NCBI GenBank assembly: GCA_025839675.1
Contig: CP104013.1
Coordinates: 600,001-632,000, forward strand
DNA length: 32,000 bases
Direction: 5' to 3'
Source: Candidatus Lokiarchaeum ossiferum
GTDB taxonomy: Archaea; Asgardarchaeota; Lokiarchaeia; Sigyniarchaeales; Promethearchaeaceae
The position numbers were made by a program, and so were the translations under genes. Below are positions 16,624-25,079 of this stretch, piece after piece (the stretch's first letter is position 1; every line of letters starts with the position of its first letter). The notes beneath the pieces were generated by a model. It ran no database searches. It had not been told where the DNA came from and saw only the letters and a list, made by a program, of their open reading frames with translations.

Positions 16624-17661
16624 TTAAAAAACTGAGGTATCGCCCATGAGTTCAAGCCCAGCACAATTGCTTTGATCTTCAAATATTAATTCATATTTTT
16701 TCTCAAAATAATTGACCGGTTTTTTTTTAAATAATTTTAGCTTTATATTAGCCTTAATAGATTCGGCACATTTTGCAGTCATTTTACCTAATTGAGGTGC
16801 TTTCATTAAACTAGTTGTTTTTAAAAGAGATTTATCCTTAGTCGCAGTTATGATTAAGTAGTACTTCGAGGAACTTAAACAAATTTTGCACGATTTTGAT
16901 GTTAAATATATTATATCATATTGATCAAAATTATAGGTGGTAAATCGAATAAACTCACCCAAATTGTATAAAACAGCCAGAAAACCTACAAATGTTCTTC
17001 CAAAATATTCGATTTGAGCAATGGAAAACATAAAAGATCGTTCAAATTCTTTGAAATGATTCGCTTGCATCCAGATCCACTTTTTAGGAAAGGATTTCCC
17101 CCAGTCTTTTTCAATATATCCTTTTCCATCCGAAAAAGATACTTGATTTTGATTAATCGTTAAATTGCCCGAAATCCTATGATTCATAGATACGATTCCA
17201 TGGTAACACTCCATATTAGGCAAATAGGAAAAAATACCCATTATACCGGGTAAAAATCGCTGATAAGGCAATGTACGCAAGTTCACAAAGTTCAATTGTC
17301 CTTTAACTTGAATTTCTTGTGATTTTACATTAAGTTTGATGATATTTTGCGAAAAATGATTGTTTCCAATTACAATGTCAAATTTATCTCTTCGAGCTTT
17401 AAATTCTGAAATAGGAAATGATAAATAATGGTATTTCGCAGTGGAACCGTTGAGAATTTGAATAAATGCATGAGAATCATGAGTTTGTTTGCTTAAAGCA
17501 ATACCCGGAATTATTGCAAAAATGGTTTGAGTTGATTCATCGACTATTTTATAATACCAACCTTCAAAATACTGTTTTTTTTTCAAATTCCCTTGAAACA
17601 TTGAAGGATTATGAAATCGAAGATTCCTTTCACTTAGAAAACTGAGGTGATTTTTTATCAT
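16624..17661 (-). CDS. Tocopherol cyclase-family protein
   Basis: YFEGWYYKI near the N-terminus, and GKGYIEKDWGKSFPKKWIWMQANHF. These match the plant/cyanobacterial tocopherol cyclase signatures ([32 protein letters not shown]). It starts 19 nt downstream of the Rieske gene. Confidence 0.8.
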   Translation of the reverse strand: MIKNHLSFLSERNLRFHNPSMFQGNLKKKQYFEGWYYKIVDESTQTIFAIIPGIALSKQTHDSHAFIQILNGSTAKYHYLSFPISEFKARRDKFDIVIGNNHFSQNIIKLNVKSQEIQVKGQLNFVNLRTLPYQRFLPGIMGIFSYLPNMECYHGIVSMNHRISGNLTINQNQVSFSDGKGYIEKDWGKSFPKKWIWMQANHFKEFERSFMFSIAQIEYFGRTFVGFLAVLYNLGEFIRFTTYNFDQYDIIYLTSKSCKICLSSSKYYLIITATKDKSLLKTTSLMKAPQLGKMTAKCAESIKANIKLKLFKKKPVNYFEKKYELIFEDQSNCAGLELMGDTSVF

Positions 17662-17680
17662 ATGATTAACCTAACGATTT

Positions 17681-18760
17681 CTACAATTTATCAGCAACGG
17701 ATATATCTTTAAGATTATTTTTTAGTTCATTTTTTAGTTCATTTCGACGGCGCCGATAATGAATAATCGGAAGATCTCCCGGGATTAATTTTTCTTCAGA
17801 TTTCAGTTGCGATATTTTGGGAGTTTGAGTTTCTACCACCCTGCGATCCTGATGTAGGATTATTATACTAGATATCTTTCCTATGAAGGAGGCAATCTGT
17901 TTAAATATGGGAAATCTGACGAACTTCTGGATAAAGCGAGTGTAAACCATTGTGTTACTATCATCAATTGGCGTGAAAGCAACGATTATCCTTCCGTCGG
18001 ACGAGAGTTTATTTTGCCAAATGTGAGGAAATTTAAAATGAAGTATGGGTGGATACAGAGGTTTTTTTAATTCGGAATATTTTGTGGGTAATTTTCCATT
18101 TTCTCGTCGATTCATGAACCACACCTTTTCGTAATTATCTGAAATTTCAACAATGGGTCCTTCTACAACAGTTTTATTCCCTCGACCGATAGTATTATGA
18201 TGAACAAAAGGTAGATGCATAACATCCAACTGATTCTCGATAACACGAGAATAATGGGCTTTCCAATGATCCCGTATTGTATAATAATGAAAATCTCGAT
18301 TCACATCCTCAAACCAAGGCAGAGGAGGATAGGTATCTTGAGATTTTCCCCACCAAATCCAAATAAATCCATGCCTTTCTTGAACTTTATAGGCATGAAC
18401 TTTAAAAAATTTGGGAATTTTTGCAATAGAACTATTTGCGGGTATTAATGTGCACTTTCCTGTCCCATCATATTCTAAACCATGAAAGGGGCATTGAATA
18501 TTATTTTCCTTTAATTTGCCGATGCTTAATGCTGCCCCTCGATGACAACACCTATCATAAAGACAATGAACTTCACCAGCAGTATCCCGCCATAAGACAA
18601 GATTTTCTCCTAAACGAGTGACTCCGATTGGCTTGTTTTTCTTTCGAATTTCTTTGCTATCTAGTATTGCATACCACTGGTTCGGTATCATTATATGTTT
18701 AGTTTGAGACTTAGATGTATTTAAATTTAGAGTTTCTTTGATCAAAAACAAAATGGTCAT
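17681..18760 (-). CDS. Rieske [2Fe-2S] non-heme iron oxygenase, alpha-subunit type (VanA/PaO/KshA-like)
   Basis: Rieske ligands CCHRGAALS...x..CPFHGLEY (C-x-H ... C-x-x-H). Mononuclear iron motif ENQLDVMHLPFVHHNT. NQWYAIL near the N-terminus is typical of the family. An alternative start is ATG 18691 (MIPNQWY). Confidence 0.88.
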   Translation of the reverse strand: MTILFLIKETLNLNTSKSQTKHIMIPNQWYAILDSKEIRKKNKPIGVTRLGENLVLWRDTAGEVHCLYDRCCHRGAALSIGKLKENNIQCPFHGLEYDGTGKCTLIPANSSIAKIPKFFKVHAYKVQERHGFIWIWWGKSQDTYPPLPWFEDVNRDFHYYTIRDHWKAHYSRVIENQLDVMHLPFVHHNTIGRGNKTVVEGPIVEISDNYEKVWFMNRRENGKLPTKYSELKKPLYPPILHFKFPHIWQNKLSSDGRIIVAFTPIDDSNTMVYTRFIQKFVRFPIFKQIASFIGKISSIIILHQDRRVVETQTPKISQLKSEEKLIPGDLPIIHYRRRRNELKNELKNNLKDISVADKL

Positions 18761-18899
18761 TTCACAATTGGCGAGAAATTGCCATTCTACTTCTAATTAA
18801 TAGAATTTAATTAATTTTCCCCTGATTAATTTTCCTCGATTTTACAGCATAGGAAAATACAATCTTAATAGAAACAGTAAACAAATAACTAACATAGAT
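18761..18899. promoter_or_regulatory. Divergent (bidirectional) promoter region between the Rieske/cyclase operon and the CrtI-like/reductase operon
   Basis: A 139-bp A/T-rich spacer between two divergent start codons. It contains TATA-like stretches (TAATTAATAGAATTTAATTAAT; CTTAATAG) and an exact 11-bp direct repeat ATTAATTTTCC at 18810-18820 and 18825-18835. Confidence 0.4.
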
Positions 18900-20447
18900 A
18901 TGGAGGAAATAACTTCACAACAATTAAAAAATTTTGATGTAATTGTAATTGGAGCAGGATTAGGTGGATTAGGTGCAGCAGCACATCTTGCATTAAAAAA
19001 TCAAAAGGTATTGTTGTTAGAAAAACATAATTCACCAGGTGGATTTGCCACATCCTTTGTTCGAGGACGATTTGAATTTGAGGGCGCACTTCATGAACTT
19101 AATGATATTGGAACTGAGGGAAATCGAGGGGAATTATATCATTTTTTTAAAGCCTTGAATATCGTTCCAGAAAAGGTAAAATTTTTCCAAGTTCCAGAAA
19201 TTTATAGCTGTAAATTTTATGATGGTAAGCAATATACCTTACCATTTGGCGTTCCTGCTTATACAAATTACTTAATCAACGAATTTCCCAATCATGAAAA
19301 AGAAATCCGAAAACTCATCAAAGTCATGGAAAATATCTATGGGGGCTTAAAAAATCTGTCCAAACCAGGAAAAATTATTTTTAAATATCCATGGTTAATA
19401 CGGGTAATTGGATATACTATCACCGAATTCTTGGAACGTTTTATCCATAATCAACGCTTAATTAATGTCATTATACAGCTCTGGTGTTACTTTGGGGCGA
19501 CTCCTTCTGAAAATAATGCCCTATTATGGGTAGGAGGAATGATGAGTTATTTAACAAAGGGGGCAGCCATTCCTAACTTATCTTCGCATAATCTTAGCCA
19601 AGCAATTGCTGATTCAATTTGTGATCTGGGTGGAACAATTCGGTATAATGCCTTGGTAAACAAGATCATGATGGAAAATGGAAAAACAATAGGAGTGGAA
19701 TTAATAAATGGCGAAAAAATTTATTCGGATTGGGTGATTTCGAATGTAAATCCGGTGTGTACTCTACAAAAGATGATTCCAAAGGACGCGATACCTAAAA
19801 AATATCTAAAAAAAGTAATTTCCCCAAAACTGGGCACATCTATATTCACGGTTTATCTTGGCTTAAATAGAACGGCAGAAGCGCTGGGAATCACGAGTTA
19901 TGAAACCTTCGTCAATACATCCGATGATATTCATGCAATTGCCCAAAATACTGGTATTAACTCAACACAGATGATTGTGGCAACCTGCTATAATTTAGTG
20001 AATCCAGAGATTTCACCAGCAGGAACCTGTATGATTGCCCTTTCCGCCCTTCACGTAGGAAGAGAATGGCATAATATTCCTCCTAATGAATATTATCAAA
20101 TAAAGGATAAAGTTTCCAATGATCTAATTACCTTATTTGAAGAATATTTGTGCCCTAATGTTCGAGAAAGCATTGAAGTGTGCGAATCCGCTTCCCCTTT
20201 AACTTACTATCGCTATTCCAAATCTTTAGATGGGGTCATTTATGGAAGTAATAGTTCAGTTGACAATAGTCCTGTTTTCAAATTAGGAAATAAAACACCG
20301 ATCCCCGGATTATACTTTAGTGGAGCGTGGACCAATGAAGGAGGAGGTTATTCTACAGCGCTAAATAGTGGAAGATTAGCCGCTAAATTGTTATTAAAGC
20401 AAAAAGGAAAGCAAAATAGAACATTCGGAGGTAAAAAAAATGTTTAG
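18900..20447 (+). CDS. FAD-dependent oxidoreductase, phytoene desaturase (CrtI) family
   Basis: FDVIVIGAGLGGLGAAAHLALKNQKVLLLEKHNSPGGFATSF (dinucleotide fold plus the GG motif). C-terminal LYFSGAWTNEGGGYSTALNSGRLAA. 515 aa. Confidence 0.82.
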   Translation: MEEITSQQLKNFDVIVIGAGLGGLGAAAHLALKNQKVLLLEKHNSPGGFATSFVRGRFEFEGALHELNDIGTEGNRGELYHFFKALNIVPEKVKFFQVPEIYSCKFYDGKQYTLPFGVPAYTNYLINEFPNHEKEIRKLIKVMENIYGGLKNLSKPGKIIFKYPWLIRVIGYTITEFLERFIHNQRLINVIIQLWCYFGATPSENNALLWVGGMMSYLTKGAAIPNLSSHNLSQAIADSICDLGGTIRYNALVNKIMMENGKTIGVELINGEKIYSDWVISNVNPVCTLQKMIPKDAIPKKYLKKVISPKLGTSIFTVYLGLNRTAEALGITSYETFVNTSDDIHAIAQNTGINSTQMIVATCYNLVNPEISPAGTCMIALSALHVGREWHNIPPNEYYQIKDKVSNDLITLFEEYLCPNVRESIEVCESASPLTYYRYSKSLDGVIYGSNSSVDNSPVFKLGNKTPIPGLYFSGAWTNEGGGYSTALNSGRLAAKLLLKQKGKQNRTFGGKKNV

Positions 20448-21633
20448 AGACATTCGAAAAATCATCCAAGCAGCAAAGATTATGAAATATAGAAATATGG
20501 GTATTACAAATACAACTTACTTCGATGGTTTGGGAAGATTAGCCAAATCGCTACACCCTACGAGCCAAACATTAAAAGTAGTGAATAAGACCTCACTCTC
20601 AACCAATGTGACATTGATCAGACTATGTTCAGTAGAATCTTCCCATATTCTTGCTCCGTTCAGAGCGGGACAATATATTGGATTACATGTAAATATCGAT
20701 GGAGTGTTGACTGGTCGATCTTACTCCATTGTATCATCCCCTCACAATTTAGCATTCTATGAAATTGCAGTTAAAGATTTAGGATCAAAGGGATTCGTCA
20801 GCACTTATCTTTGTAATGAACTTAAGGTTGGAGGAATTATTGAGGCAACAGAACCGATGGGTTTATTTTACTATAATCCCATATTTCATGGAACCAGACT
20901 GGTTTTGGTGGCAGGTGGGTGCGGAATAACCCCATTTATCAGTATGATGCGGAATTTTCATCAATTATTTAGCGATTATGAAATTCATTTGATTTATGGA
21001 TGCTTGTCAGAATCGGATATTCTATTTCAAACTGAATTACTGAGAATGTCTCAGGAGATGGCGAATTTTTCATTTACAATAATACTATCAGATCCTTCTC
21101 CAACTTGGTCCGGTTTAACGGGATTTGTTACAGCAGAACTATTACAAAAGACGATTTCCAACATGGAAGAAATTACGTGGTATATCGTAGGACCTCATGC
21201 GATGCAAACATTTTTGCAAAAAGAGTTGAAGAAAATTGATATTTCCCCTCATCAGATCCATTATGATTTAACACCTCCAATTTCAAATATCACTCAAACC
21301 TTGGGTTGGCCCAAAGAGATCAACACAAATAGTGAAGTTCTTTGCACTGTAAGTTGGATAAATGAAAATCAAAGAAAAAGTGTTTCATTCAAGGTGCCTT
21401 GTACAAAACCTCTGTTAAATAGCTTGGAGGCTAAGAAAATCCCGGGTTTAAGAATAAAAACATCATGCCGGGCAGGAGAATGTGCTTTTTGTAGGTCGAA
21501 ACTACTCGATGGAAACGTATTTGTCCCCCCTCAAACGCATATTAGAAAAAGTGACCAAAAAAATGGCTATATTCATCCATGTATCTCGTACCCAATCGAG
21601 GACGTGCACATTGAAATTTATCCAGAAAAATAA
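20440..21633 (+). CDS. Ferredoxin-NAD(P)+ reductase-type flavoprotein with a C-terminal plant-type [2Fe-2S] ferredoxin domain (class IA oxygenase reductase)
   Basis: FAD motif GRSYSIVSSP (R-x-Y-S). NAD(P)H motif LVLVAGGCGITPFISMM. The cluster ligands are CRAGECAFC (C-x4-C-x2-C) plus a later Cys in IHPCISYP. The ATG overlaps the upstream stop by 8 nt, and GGAGGT lies 8 nt upstream. Confidence 0.85.
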   Translation: MFRDIRKIIQAAKIMKYRNMGITNTTYFDGLGRLAKSLHPTSQTLKVVNKTSLSTNVTLIRLCSVESSHILAPFRAGQYIGLHVNIDGVLTGRSYSIVSSPHNLAFYEIAVKDLGSKGFVSTYLCNELKVGGIIEATEPMGLFYYNPIFHGTRLVLVAGGCGITPFISMMRNFHQLFSDYEIHLIYGCLSESDILFQTELLRMSQEMANFSFTIILSDPSPTWSGLTGFVTAELLQKTISNMEEITWYIVGPHAMQTFLQKELKKIDISPHQIHYDLTPPISNITQTLGWPKEINTNSEVLCTVSWINENQRKSVSFKVPCTKPLLNSLEAKKIPGLRIKTSCRAGECAFCRSKLLDGNVFVPPQTHIRKSDQKNGYIHPCISYPIEDVHIEIYPEK

Positions 21634-21655
21634 TTTCGATTAAGAATTATTATTC

Positions 21656-21663
21656 TTTTTTTT
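21656..21663 (+). terminator. Oligo-T (T8) candidate terminator after the CrtI-like/reductase operon
   Basis: A T8 run 23 nt after the stop at 21631-21633. Confidence 0.4.
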
Positions 21664-21753
21664 CCTTAGAATTTTTAATTTCCAAACTGGAATTTCTGAT
21701 TTTATCCCTCATTAGTGAGTTTTCTTAACAATATTGAAGTGGAAACTAAGAAA

Positions 21754-22434
21754 TTAAATCAAACTTTTGATAATTTCTTCTGCACTCATGACTCTAGCAA
21801 ATCCTTTTCTCATAATCCGTAATTCTGGCTCTTGTAAGTCTGGATCATCTGCTCCTGTTATATCACTTCCAAAAATTACTTTGAAACTTCGTGCATATGC
21901 TTGGCGAGCAGTAGTATCACAGCAAAAATTTGTTAAAGTCCCGCTAATTATGACTGTGTCTTTATCTAAATTCCGTAAGATCGTTTCTAAGGGAGTATCG
22001 TGAAATGCTCCATAGGAGGGTTTATGAATAATTATTTCGTTATCTAGAGGTGCTAATTCATGCCACACTTCCCCCTTCACATAAAATTCCGATGAATCAA
22101 TCCCAAGATCGGAATGCTGAATGGGCATATATTTTCCAGATTTTGGTCTATCAAAATAGTGGTGTGTGTTAGAGAAGACAGTATAAATGACCGGAACTGA
22201 CATTTCCCGACAATGATCTATTACTTTTCTTAATCGAGGAACCATTTTGGTGGCTTCAGGCACCCAATCAGGTGTCCAGTGGGGTTTTACAAATTCATCT
22301 TGCATATCAATGACGAGTAATGCACAACGTTTTGGATTGATATCAAAAGTTGCCTTTCCCTCATAGTATCCCTTTTTAGCCAAGGAAAGCACATCTTGTT
22401 CTGTGAACTGATTAATTTTCAAAGTATTTTTCAC
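21754..22434 (-). CDS. Isochorismatase-family (cysteine) hydrolase
   Basis: CALLVIDMQDEFV (catalytic Asp region) and VIISGTLTNFCCDTTARQAY (nucleophilic Cys motif). 226 aa. Confidence 0.82.
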   Translation of the reverse strand: MKNTLKINQFTEQDVLSLAKKGYYEGKATFDINPKRCALLVIDMQDEFVKPHWTPDWVPEATKMVPRLRKVIDHCREMSVPVIYTVFSNTHHYFDRPKSGKYMPIQHSDLGIDSSEFYVKGEVWHELAPLDNEIIIHKPSYGAFHDTPLETILRNLDKDTVIISGTLTNFCCDTTARQAYARSFKVIFGSDITGADDPDLQEPELRIMRKGFARVMSAEEIIKSLI

Positions 22435-22553
22435 CCATTTATCTAATTAATGAAGTTTTTAAAATACTTGTACTTTCAGAAGATAGAAAATTAATCTGTT
22501 ATGATCCCAATAATGATCAGTAGCGAAACCTCTTAATTTTCAATAGCTTTTCA

Positions 22554-22562
22554 TTATTTAAA
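22554..22562 (+). promoter_or_regulatory. TATA-box-like element upstream of the 22588 regulator gene
   Basis: TTATTTAAA is centred ~30 nt upstream of the ATG. This spacing fits an archaeal TATA box at about -26/-27 with a leaderless or very short-leader mRNA. Confidence 0.3.
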
Positions 22563-22587
22563 GCGTATTATTCTTTGTGAGCTAGAT

Positions 22588-23727
22588 ATGATTCCGAGAA
22601 ACCTTCAAAACCACTATGATCTTATTTGTGAATTCTTTGAGAAAGAAGGATTTTTTAAAGCTCGGAAATCTAAAATAACACGTATTAATGCAAATCTCTT
22701 TATTTTTGGTTCACTGACTCAATCACAATTGCAAACATTAACCAAATATTCTCAAAGTACATTATCTCGAATACTGGGAAATTTAGTAAATGCAAAAATT
22801 TATGATAAATTTTCGATTCCACCAAATAAAGCAAATTTTTACAAATTTAATTCAAGAAGAAATAAATTGGGGTTACAAGGTTACACAGATTTTGAATTAA
22901 GAGCAGTTAATGAGATGCAAGGCCTATTAAAGTTGTTAAAAAGATTGGAAAAAGAACCTAATGCAACATACGGACAAAAAATTTTTAAAAACCAGTGTAT
23001 AGAGACACTCTTTCAGTTTGGGTTACATTTTCATCAATATGCGCTACTAGAAAATATTCCCTTTTCCTCAATTCCGAGCTTTGATAAATATCTCCCATTT
23101 TTAAACACATGGAAAAATCCCGACAATGAATTTTTAAAAGCTTCTAAACTTATTGAACCGCATTTTAACGAAAAGCTACTTGATTGTGAAAAGAAATACA
23201 TGGAAGCTGCGTATGGACAATCCTACAAATCTTTAATCAAACATAACCATCTTTTTATTAATGCCTATTGCACAACTCGCAAGATTATTTCACAACCCAC
23301 TTTGCATAAATTGACTGGACTATCTATCCCTCTTATATCAAAAGTTATGAATTTTCATACTGAACTTGGTCAAGTTACAAAAATAGATCCAAGAAAATCT
23401 AAAACAGGCCGAATTCTATACTATAGCCCAGCCCTTCCAGTAATACAAGTGAATTATGAACTCAAACTTCTCACTGAACTAATGAAATTGAAAAAGCAAT
23501 TTGAAAGCTCACTATTAGAACTCAACAATTTGAAGATAGAAGAGAGAAACGAAGGCATTTTCACATCCATTTTTCATGCCATACAAACTCTGTTTTTGGA
23601 AATCTTTCCGAGATATGAAAAACGGTACAAACAAGCCGTTTATTTGAAGCAACGTTTTGAATTATCCGATCAAGTTCAATTTAGTAATTTAATGTCTCAT
23701 TTATCCGATAATTTTAAGCAAATATGA
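22588..23727 (+). CDS. Transcriptional regulator with two winged-helix (MarR/GbsR-like) domains, paralog of 495..1526
   Basis: wHTH 1: INANLFIFGSLTQSQLQTLTKYSQSTLSRILGNLVNAKIY. wHTH 2: LFINAYCTTRKIISQPTLHKLTGLSIPLISKVMNFHTELGQVTKI. Helical linker and C-terminal coiled region as in the 495..1526 product. Confidence 0.65.
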   Translation: MIPRNLQNHYDLICEFFEKEGFFKARKSKITRINANLFIFGSLTQSQLQTLTKYSQSTLSRILGNLVNAKIYDKFSIPPNKANFYKFNSRRNKLGLQGYTDFELRAVNEMQGLLKLLKRLEKEPNATYGQKIFKNQCIETLFQFGLHFHQYALLENIPFSSIPSFDKYLPFLNTWKNPDNEFLKASKLIEPHFNEKLLDCEKKYMEAAYGQSYKSLIKHNHLFINAYCTTRKIISQPTLHKLTGLSIPLISKVMNFHTELGQVTKIDPRKSKTGRILYYSPALPVIQVNYELKLLTELMKLKKQFESSLLELNNLKIEERNEGIFTSIFHAIQTLFLEIFPRYEKRYKQAVYLKQRFELSDQVQFSNLMSHLSDNFKQI

Positions 23728-23997
23728 ATCAAATTTCTCCAAGGGACAGAATCAATTGCTTGCAAATTTCAGGACATTTTATGTAGGATATCAAGTTTCG
23801 TTTTTTTGATTCTGAACATTTTTGACTTTTTTTTTCAAAAATCTCAAATTATAAATGATTAGACTCGAATTCTTTTATATATTATTAGAAATTTGAACAA
23901 ATACCGTGAAATTCTTCTTTTCAATAATAAGTTTAAAAAATTTTGTGAAGAATGCTTAAATCAATTTTCACGAGTAATTTAAAATAAGTTGAAAAAT

Positions 23998-24945
23998 ATG
24001 AGTCGTTATGATGCCACCAGAGTAAAAAATATACCTAGCATGAAAATTCTGGAACCCCATGTGATGAAAACACGTGATGAATCGGTCGCTTACTTTCGAA
24101 TCCAGTTAGATGTCACGAACAGTCTTGAATTTCTTGAAAAATACAATGCAGACCACAATTTAGATAAAACTAATCGTTTAACCTTTTTCCATATTTTTTT
24201 GACCGCTTGCACCCGATCTTTTGCAATGTACCCTCAAATGAATCGTTTTATTTTAGGAAGACAATTTTGGCAAAGAAATCGGATTCAATTCTCATTCTTG
24301 GTAAAAAAACAGTTAAAGTACAAAGCTAAAGAAACTGTGGCAAAAATTGATTTTGATCCTTTTGATACTGTTGATACAGTACGAGAACGGATTCATAAGT
24401 ACGTGAATAAAGCAAGATCAGAAAAAGGAAGTGAAGCAGACTCAGAGATGAATTTCTTTGGAAAACTCCCACGATTATTATTAATGTTAGGAGTAAAAAT
24501 AATGCGTCTTTTGGATTTCTTTGGAATTATGCCCAAATCCATGATAGAAAGTGATCCGTTGTATACTGGAGCTATGATGGCAAATTTGGGATCGATTGGG
24601 TTAAACGCATCTTTACACCATATTTTTGATTGGGGAAACATGAGTTGGTGTTTCATGGTTGGTAACTATCGATATGTGCCAGTAGCCAATGAAAAAGGAG
24701 AGGTGTACGCCCGAAAGATGGTAGATATAGGAACAACCGTTGATGAACGAATTGCCACAGGATTATCCTATATCATGGGGATGAAAACATTGCAAAGGTT
24801 TATCGAGAATCCAGAAGAACTGCTTACCCCTCCAAAACTTTCGAGGACCCTTTTAGATGAACTTGCTTTGGTTGATTGGGAGATTTTACGAAAAACAGGG
24901 AAAAAGAAACCGCGCCAATATCCTAAAGAGTTTGTTATAGACTAA
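23998..24945 (+). CDS. 2-oxoacid dehydrogenase E2 acyltransferase catalytic-domain-like protein (CAT-like fold), no lipoyl domain
   Basis: The C-terminal part ANLGSIGLNASLHHIFDWGN..CFMVGNY...MVDIGTTVDERIATGLSYIMGMKTLQRFIENPEELL follows the E2 pattern (..SNLG..G.......N.P....L..G..........M.LSLS.DHR..DG..AA.FL..L...LE.P..LL). It has DER in place of DHR. Start taken at ATG 23998; the ORF track uses TTG 23989. Confidence 0.6.
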   Translation: MSRYDATRVKNIPSMKILEPHVMKTRDESVAYFRIQLDVTNSLEFLEKYNADHNLDKTNRLTFFHIFLTACTRSFAMYPQMNRFILGRQFWQRNRIQFSFLVKKQLKYKAKETVAKIDFDPFDTVDTVRERIHKYVNKARSEKGSEADSEMNFFGKLPRLLLMLGVKIMRLLDFFGIMPKSMIESDPLYTGAMMANLGSIGLNASLHHIFDWGNMSWCFMVGNYRYVPVANEKGEVYARKMVDIGTTVDERIATGLSYIMGMKTLQRFIENPEELLTPPKLSRTLLDELALVDWEILRKTGKKKPRQYPKEFVID

Positions 24946-25059
24946 TCTTTTTTGAAAACATCTTTTTTCTTCATTCTTGTTAATTAGATATTCAGAATTT
25001 AACACTTAGCCAAATTTTGTAGCTTTTTATGAAAAAAAATTAATTTTGAGAAAATAAAT

Positions 25060-25066
25060 AAAAAAA
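25060..25066 (-). terminator. Oligo-T (T7 on the minus strand) candidate terminator after the solute-binding protein gene
   Basis: An A7 run on the plus strand, 14 nt downstream of the stop at 25080-25082. A further A8 run lies at 25032-25039. Confidence 0.35.
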
Positions 25067-25079
25067 GAAAGAATCTTAA

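Noticed and set aside
16440-16649. A 69-aa ORF with a TTG start between the M28 peptidase and tocopherol-cyclase-like genes
   Set aside because: It has a non-ATG start and a low-complexity hydrophobic tail. Its 3' end overlaps the convergent cyclase gene, and no motif is evident. It is probably spurious, though the first ~35 codons look protein-like.
16628-17648. An 11-mer, AAAACTGAGGT, present at both ends of the tocopherol-cyclase-like gene (16628-16638 and 17638-17648). This could suggest a target-site duplication or insertion.
   Set aside because: Both copies lie inside the coding sequence in different reading frames. Dozens of 11-mer coincidences are expected by chance in a 32-kb A/T-rich window, and no mobile-element features are nearby.
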